Source of the DNA: an uncultured delta proteobacterium
GTDB lineage: Bacteria; Desulfobacterota; Syntrophia; Syntrophales; UBA2185
Assembly: GCA_963729715.1 (NCBI GenBank)
Contig: CAVSPA010000005.1
Span: 160,001 to 224,000 of the forward strand
Direction: 5' to 3'
DNA length: 64,000 nt
Below the pieces are notes generated by a model. The model did no database searches. It was given only the letters and a program-made list of their open reading frames with translations, and was not told the origin of the DNA. Positions 58,860 through 64,000 of the stretch are shown in pieces (the first letter of the stretch is position 1; every line of letters starts with the position of its first letter). The translations under genes were made by a program, and so were the position numbers.

Positions 58860-59330
58860 TTATTGGATCTTTTCTCTCGCCTCATAAAGACATTTGTTTT
58901 CCAAAATTAGATAACTCACGGTATCTGACGATTCAAATCTGAGGATGCACTGTTCCAACCACCGAACCTTGTCATAATGAAATCCTTCTTTTCCATCAAT
59001 TACAACGAACCATTCATTGTCGGCCTCGGCTATGTACGCCAGATGACCGCTGTCAGGGCTGAATGTGAGCGACCCATCGATGATATTATTATAGTTTATG
59101 CCCTCTTTTCCATCATAGGCCACAAAGCACTTCTTGCCGGACTTGTGGATATACGCAACATGTTTCCCGTCAGGACTTAATGCGAGGGATCGTTGATCCT
59201 GAGGCGCGATATCAACGTGACCTATGTATTTCATTGTGAGAACCTTGTTCGCTGCGTTTCCCTCAGCACTGAGTGCGCTGCAGACCAGGAAAAATAAGCA
59301 AAGCACAATTAATAGCGATTTCCTTGGCAT
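58860..59330 (-). CDS. Exported hypothetical protein with TolB/WD40-like repeats
   Basis: Signal peptide; LSPDGKHVAY / FSPDSGHLAY repeats, each followed by (Y/I)DGKEG. Confidence 0.7.
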   Translation of the reverse strand: MPRKSLLIVLCLFFLVCSALSAEGNAANKVLTMKYIGHVDIAPQDQRSLALSPDGKHVAYIHKSGKKCFVAYDGKEGINYNNIIDGSLTFSPDSGHLAYIAEADNEWFVVIDGKEGFHYDKVRWLEQCILRFESSDTVSYLILENKCLYEAREKIQ

Positions 59331-59613
59331 AAGCACCTCCTGTCTCAATCCGTTACAGTAAAGAAATTTGTAATTAAGCCGGTGTTCTGTTCCTATTCAT
59401 TCAACGATCGATATACCTGTATTGCATAAATAGGGGCGTTATCGAGTGAGCAACTTTACAAAGGAGGTTTTACATCTCAACCCAATCGAAATACGCCCTT
59501 ATTGATTTATGTAGCAATCATTAGTATATAAATCAAGCAAAAAAAGACTTGATCGAAAGGTTGCTTTTCTAAATGGGCTTTTCCTTATTTATGAGAAAAT
59601 AACATGGTTTTAC

Positions 59614-59649
59614 CAATTGATTTTTATACAAATAATTGGTATATAAATA
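59614..59649 (+). promoter_or_regulatory. Promoter/operator cassette, copy 3
   Basis: CAATTGATTTTTATACAAATAATTGGTATATAAAT. Confidence 0.7.
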
Positions 59650-59834
59650 TTACAAATTCGTGAATGCCGAGCGAGGCCGGCAGCGGGTTGGATACTCTTT
59701 CCCTTGTGCTGGTAGTTGCCAATGGCATCGAACCCGGAGGTCACACGAAGCTGCTGGAGAAACAATTCGAAATGAAAGAGTAGCTGGGCAGTTAAAGAAG
59801 GCGTTCGATGCCATGGAATGAGGAGGTCACGAGG

Positions 59835-60152
59835 ATGAAAAAATGCTTTGAATTATCGCTAATAATAACCGGCTTGCTTGTGTCCTGCGGTGAAGGTTAC
59901 TATGGCCCTCACGGTCACGGCGGGTGGGGTCCGATGATGCATTACGGATTTGGATATGGAGGGATGTTTATGTGGATAATATTCCTGATCGTAATTGGAT
60001 TGCTGATCTATTTCATTCTTCAGTCCCAGAAAACGAAGGGCCAGACACCGACACTGCATGAAAGTCCCCTGGATATCCTGAAGAGACGCTACGCAAAAGG
60101 AGAAATTGTAAGGGAAGAATATGAGAGAATGAAAAAAGGCCTTGAAGGATAG
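59835..60152 (+). CDS. SHOCT-domain membrane (lipo)protein
   Basis: Lipobox-like LVSC, His/Gly/Met-rich segment, TM helix, ESPLDILKRRYAKGEI..EEYERMK. Confidence 0.88.
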   Translation: MKKCFELSLIITGLLVSCGEGYYGPHGHGGWGPMMHYGFGYGGMFMWIIFLIVIGLLIYFILQSQKTKGQTPTLHESPLDILKRRYAKGEIVREEYERMKKGLEG

Positions 60153-60238
60153 ACCTATTGATCTTTCTATGTCCTTTGTTGCATTTCATCTTAATGAGGG
60201 TCGTGGCCTGCAGGGATATGTAAAGAGAGGAGAACATT

Positions 60239-60541
60239 ATGAAGATGGTCATCGGTATCGTTAGAGCAACATGTCTTGGAAGGGCGGTGAAAGAGTTAGA
60301 GAAAATTAACGTCCGCTGTATGACAATCTCCGCGGTCAAAGGGATCGGTGAACAGGTAACATTAAATAAGCCGTATGCTATTCATAATATGATACAAATT
60401 ATCGTACCTGATGAGAAAGTTGATGAAGTTAACAATGTGATCGTGAATTTTACCCGAACCGGTATGGCAGGTGATGGTATTGTTGCCGTGAGCCCGATAG
60501 ATTACATGATAAAAATAAAGTCGAAGGAACGGTTGGAATAG
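60239..60541 (+). CDS. P-II-like protein with a shortened T-loop
   Basis: MKMV.GIVR, MTI..VKG.G, RTG..GDG.V.V.P. Confidence 0.85.
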   Translation: MKMVIGIVRATCLGRAVKELEKINVRCMTISAVKGIGEQVTLNKPYAIHNMIQIIVPDEKVDEVNNVIVNFTRTGMAGDGIVAVSPIDYMIKIKSKERLE

Positions 60542-60605
60542 TGGCAGGTAGCTCAATGCCTGCCAGTATTTACTCGTTTGATACTTATTGCTCAAGGACA
60601 CTTTC

Positions 60606-60968
60606 ATGTTGGAAATCATACAGGATATGCCGGATAACGTCGTGGCTGTCAGGGCAAGCGGAAAAGTTTCCGGCAAGGATTACGATGACGTCCTCATCCC
60701 TGCTGTCGAAGGTGGCATTAAGAGACATGGGAAGGTCCGCGTGTTCTATCAATTGACCCGTGATTTCTCAGGCTTCACAGCCGAAGCCATGTTCGATGAT
60801 GCCAAGCTTGGCATACGTCACCTAACCGAATTCGAAAAGATAGCAGTAGTTACCGACGCGGACTGGACATCGAGGACTGTTCAATTCTTCTCGCTTTTTA
60901 TACCCTGCCCGGTCAAAATCTTTGGCAACAATGACATGTCTGAGGCGAAGGCTTGGCTAATCGAGTAA
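60606..60968 (+). CDS. STAS/SEC14 (SpoIIAA-like) domain protein
   Basis: A.GKV...DY..VL.P, A.FDD...G..H...FEKIAVVTD..W, EAKAWL. Confidence 0.88.
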   Translation: MLEIIQDMPDNVVAVRASGKVSGKDYDDVLIPAVEGGIKRHGKVRVFYQLTRDFSGFTAEAMFDDAKLGIRHLTEFEKIAVVTDADWTSRTVQFFSLFIPCPVKIFGNNDMSEAKAWLIE

Positions 60969-61086
60969 CTTTTTACAAGATAGCCCGAAGATCGGAGGGA
61001 AAGAGAGTGTCAAGAAAGTAGTTGGTATTGAAGTTCCTTTTATATTTAACACCGTATCTAAATTATGCGCATGGGAGTTACGGCAA

Positions 61087-61923
61087 TTGAATAAATTTAT
61101 TCTTTTTATTATGATACTTTGTTCTTTCTTTTACACAGGATGCGCGACAACTGTTGACCTGCAAGATACTCGGCGGATGTTTGGCGAGGAAATTGGCGCC
61201 CTGCATGAAGAGAATGCCGGCATACATAAGGATATGGAAAAGAACGATCAGGCAATAGCGGATATACATAAGAGGATTGCCGACATTGCGGCGGACGTAA
61301 CCGAAATCAGAGAAGACATGGAGAATTTGAAGGGAGATCGTGAGATACTCGGAAAAGGTGAGTCTGACTTAAAAGCGGAGTTTCTTCGTAAGAACAAGGA
61401 ATTGACTGATATAAGGAACCAATTTGATCAACTGTCTGTCCACATGAGGGCCATAGAGAAACTTCTTGAGATTGGGAGTGGCGCCAATCAAGCTCCGAAG
61501 GGCGAGAAAGTCATCAGCGACGATTCAAAAAGTGCATTGCCCGGAAAGACGGAAACGGAATTGGCTTATGACTCGGCTTATGAAGCCTTCAAGGAAGAAA
61601 AGTATGAGAAGGCTCGAGAAAGATTTCAAATCTTTCTGAAGCAATATCCAAACACCGAGTATTCTGACAGCGCTCAATTCTGGATTGGCGAGTGTTACTA
61701 TTTTGAAAGGAAATACGAACAAGCGATCTTGGAATACGAGAAAGTGATAAAGAACCATCCACAGGGCAACAAGGTGCCGCATGCCTTGCTGAAACAGGGG
61801 TTTGCTTTTCTGAATCTGGGCGATAAGTCAAGCGCAAAACTCCTCCTGGAGCAGGTTGTCAATAACTATCCGGACACCAGTCAGGCGCGGATGGCTAGGG
61901 CGAAGCTGGCGGAGATTAAATAG
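61087..61923 (+). CDS. cpoB: Tol-Pal system protein CpoB/YbgF
   Basis: Lipobox, coiled coil, TPR A.FW.GE.YY, KVP.ALLKQG.AF. Confidence 0.9.
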   Translation: MNKFILFIMILCSFFYTGCATTVDLQDTRRMFGEEIGALHEENAGIHKDMEKNDQAIADIHKRIADIAADVTEIREDMENLKGDREILGKGESDLKAEFLRKNKELTDIRNQFDQLSVHMRAIEKLLEIGSGANQAPKGEKVISDDSKSALPGKTETELAYDSAYEAFKEEKYEKARERFQIFLKQYPNTEYSDSAQFWIGECYYFERKYEQAILEYEKVIKNHPQGNKVPHALLKQGFAFLNLGDKSSAKLLLEQVVNNYPDTSQARMARAKLAEIK

Positions 61924-62257
61924 CTTGCGAAGCTCGGAACAGTCACGACGGATATACTGGAGTTCGCCGCCAAAGCGATGGCTCTTACGGAAGTATCTCT
62001 TCTCTATGAGCATGAGTACGGCGTTGCTGAGTAAATACTTTCAAGGGTATTATCACCGAAAGTTGCGGCCCCAGAGGAACATAAAGCTTATTAATTAAGG
62101 ACTTCAAAACGATTGCGCGAAAGAAATTTATCGACAAAATTGAAATAACAATTTTGATACTGATACAAAAAGAATTGGCTGCACTATGGCAGTTCTCGGT
62201 CTTGCCGAGGAAAGTCATGGCCATTCATCACTGAAAGTGCGGGCCAGTTTTAGATTC

Positions 62258-63376
62258 TTATTGGCTGATGGCAATACTAATTTCTATCCTGCGGTTCAGC
62301 GCCCTGCCTGACGCAGTACTGTTTGCGGCGACAGGCTGGGACGGGCCAAGACCTTTTGCGACGATACGATCAGTGGATATATTGTGAAAATCTACCAGAT
62401 AGTCCTTCACTTTTCGAGCACGTTTCTCCGTCAGGACCCTCTGTGTTTCCGCCTTGCCAACGTTATCGGAATAGCAGCGGATAGTGACCGCCCCGGCTTG
62501 GTATTTTTCCAGGTAGCTTGCCACTTCATCCAGTGTGGACCTTCCCTTGGTGTGAATTTCGTTCTTGGTTGAGAATATGTTACCGGCTGCTATGTTGATC
62601 AGAATCTCCTTGTCGATCGATTTCACCGTGGCAACGCGAATTTTTACCGCATCAGCAAGCATCGCCTTAGTCTTATCCAACGTCGCCATTTTTTGCTGGA
62701 GTGTCTGAAGTTCGGCTTCCTCTTTCGCCTTCTGTGAGACCAACTGCTGGCCTTTCAAATTCGCTTCGGTCACCTCTTTCTGCTTGACGGCCTCGAGATC
62801 TGCGACTTTCTTTCTTGCTTCTTCCAGCTCCTTCATCTTTTTGCTTTCCAAGATGGCAGCCTCCTGCCTCGCCTGTTCCAATGTTTTCTGTTGGGCCTCC
62901 GCCTCGGCCTTGATTTTTCTCGCCTGTTCCGCTTCGGCTGATTTCCTGTTCAAGACATCCAGCGCCCCCTGATAATCGGCCAAGTCCTTCTCCGTATTCT
63001 TCAATTCTGTCGTCACCACTGTCTTTCTGGCTTTTGCCTCAGCGATCTGGCCTGTGATCCTGGCCATTGTAGCTAGGTACTCGATCTCCTGGGTCTTGGC
63101 TTCGTCGGATATGATGAGCTTCATGCTCCGCGACAAGAGGGAGCGTGAGCGGGCATATTCACTTTCTGCCTGTGCAAGCCAGGATCTGGCCTGAGTCAAA
63201 TCAGCCAGGGCATTTTTTTCCGCTCCGGCCTGACGCGCATTTTCAATGGCCGCCTTCGCCTCCTCGATACCCGTCGCAGGAGAACCGGTCGCGCAGACCG
63301 AAATAGGATTGAAGACAGTTATCCCCCAAATAGCCAAAATGAAGAGGCAATAAACCGCTTGCTTTCTGTAGTTCAT
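62258..63376 (-). CDS. OmpA-family protein with N-terminal DUF4398-like helical region and coiled coil
   Basis: AI..AR.AGA; C-terminal SDNVG...L..KRA..V...G.GP.QPVA.N...GRALNRRIEI. Confidence 0.85.
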   Translation of the reverse strand: MNYRKQAVYCLFILAIWGITVFNPISVCATGSPATGIEEAKAAIENARQAGAEKNALADLTQARSWLAQAESEYARSRSLLSRSMKLIISDEAKTQEIEYLATMARITGQIAEAKARKTVVTTELKNTEKDLADYQGALDVLNRKSAEAEQARKIKAEAEAQQKTLEQARQEAAILESKKMKELEEARKKVADLEAVKQKEVTEANLKGQQLVSQKAKEEAELQTLQQKMATLDKTKAMLADAVKIRVATVKSIDKEILINIAAGNIFSTKNEIHTKGRSTLDEVASYLEKYQAGAVTIRCYSDNVGKAETQRVLTEKRARKVKDYLVDFHNISTDRIVAKGLGPSQPVAANSTASGRALNRRIEISIAISQ

Positions 63377-63391
63377 GGATTCCTCCACCTC

Positions 63392-63787
63392 TTACTTAGC
63401 TTTTTCTAAGCGTTGAATCTCGGCTTTGACTTTTTGCAATTCAATTTGAGTCGCCGACAACTTTTCTTGTTCAATCTTCAATTCCGACGATGCCTTGGCG
63501 GACTCTGCGAGGGCCCGAGCCATGTGTGATGCTTGCGAAAACTGGACATCGTCTTTTGCCGAATGGGCACGTTCTGCCTTGTTTAGGAATTCTATGGCTT
63601 CTTTCAGCTTATCCGATGCGTATTTATCGGCCTTTGCAGTTTGTGCTGCCTGGATCGCTGTCTTGGCGTCTATAAATTCCTGTTCATGGGCCGGACTTAA
63701 ACCCTGACCATGGACGGTTCCCGCAAGAGTGAAGATGACGAGAACACCACAAATGATTTGAAATAAATTGAATGTCTTGCTGAACAT
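63392..63787 (-). CDS. DUF4398-like exported protein
   Basis: Signal peptide; AK.AIQAA..A.A.KYA...L.EA...L..AE; upstream of the OmpA gene; GGAGG RBS. Confidence 0.8.
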   Translation of the reverse strand: MFSKTFNLFQIICGVLVIFTLAGTVHGQGLSPAHEQEFIDAKTAIQAAQTAKADKYASDKLKEAIEFLNKAERAHSAKDDVQFSQASHMARALAESAKASSELKIEQEKLSATQIELQKVKAEIQRLEKAK

Positions 63788-63857
63788 GATACCATCCTCC
63801 CATGTAACGTATCTTCCTCTACGCCAAGCGCTACCCTTTGTCCTTATCCGCGCCCGC

Positions 63858-63931
63858 TGACGGTTCGCAGGAGGAGTCTCTCCTCTCGCTCCAGAGGAGC
63901 CCAAGGATTGCTCTCCCTGCGAAAACCGTCA
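63858..63931 (-). ncRNA. Candidate structured cis-regulatory RNA in the 5' leader
   Basis: Long closing stem UGACGGUU(UU)CGCAGG / CCUGCGAACCGUCA with an inner hairpin CUCCUCU/AGAGGAG. Confidence 0.35.
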
Positions 63932-64000
63932 CACCCCAGCGTCTGTGGAAGGGGATTCCGTATGCTTTCGGTATATCTACCGTCGCTTTTTCTTCAATAC

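Noticed and set aside
57283..58860. Fluoride-specific CLC with a fluoride riboswitch
   Set aside because: The protein has GHGTE/GKEGP rather than the fluoride-type signatures, and I saw no crcB-motif RNA upstream.
63850..63945. c-di-AMP (ydaO) riboswitch
   Set aside because: UGGGGUG and GAACCGUCAGC resemble parts of the motif, but the GGGGGAACC and CUAACC elements are missing.
1..64000. CRISPR array, tRNA/rRNA, prophage or intact IS
   Set aside because: No regularly spaced repeat-spacer array, RNA gene signature, phage gene or transposase ORF was recognised; the repeats are dispersed REP-like palindromes.

Overview
This is a chromosomal window from an anaerobic Desulfobacterota (deltaproteobacterial) genome; gene content suggests Syntrophales, but that is an inference. 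I saw no rRNA, tRNA, CRISPR array or intact transposase. Main content in order: a sigma-54 regulator with a decaying cstA locus; tandem stand-alone Cache proteins; menA; a hybrid histidine kinase; an mla operon whose MlaF carries a degenerate GGDEF-like tail; TMTC-like TPR genes; a ~10.4 kb korDABC-hdrL-mvhD-hdrD-hdrA/mvhD redox operon; amtB-glnK; mtnA-aldolase-dapF-dapL; a Csd6/Csd4-like peptidoglycan hydrolase pair; a diguanylate cyclase; MaoC-SCP2 plus a CaiB enzyme; an OFA transporter; and an envelope region (OmpA-like proteins, Pal, CpoB, MarR, CLC). The last gene of the redox operon is a single selenoprotein (in-frame UGA plus SECIS) that the ORF track splits in two. The envelope region carries a promoter/operator cassette repeated three times. 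Intergenic DNA holds several REP-like repeat families, an IS200/IS605-type miniature element inserted between an RBS and its start codon, unannotated gene remnants (fdh alpha 3' end, rubrerythrin 3' end) and candidate structured RNA leaders. All calls come from reading motifs by eye; no database searches were run.
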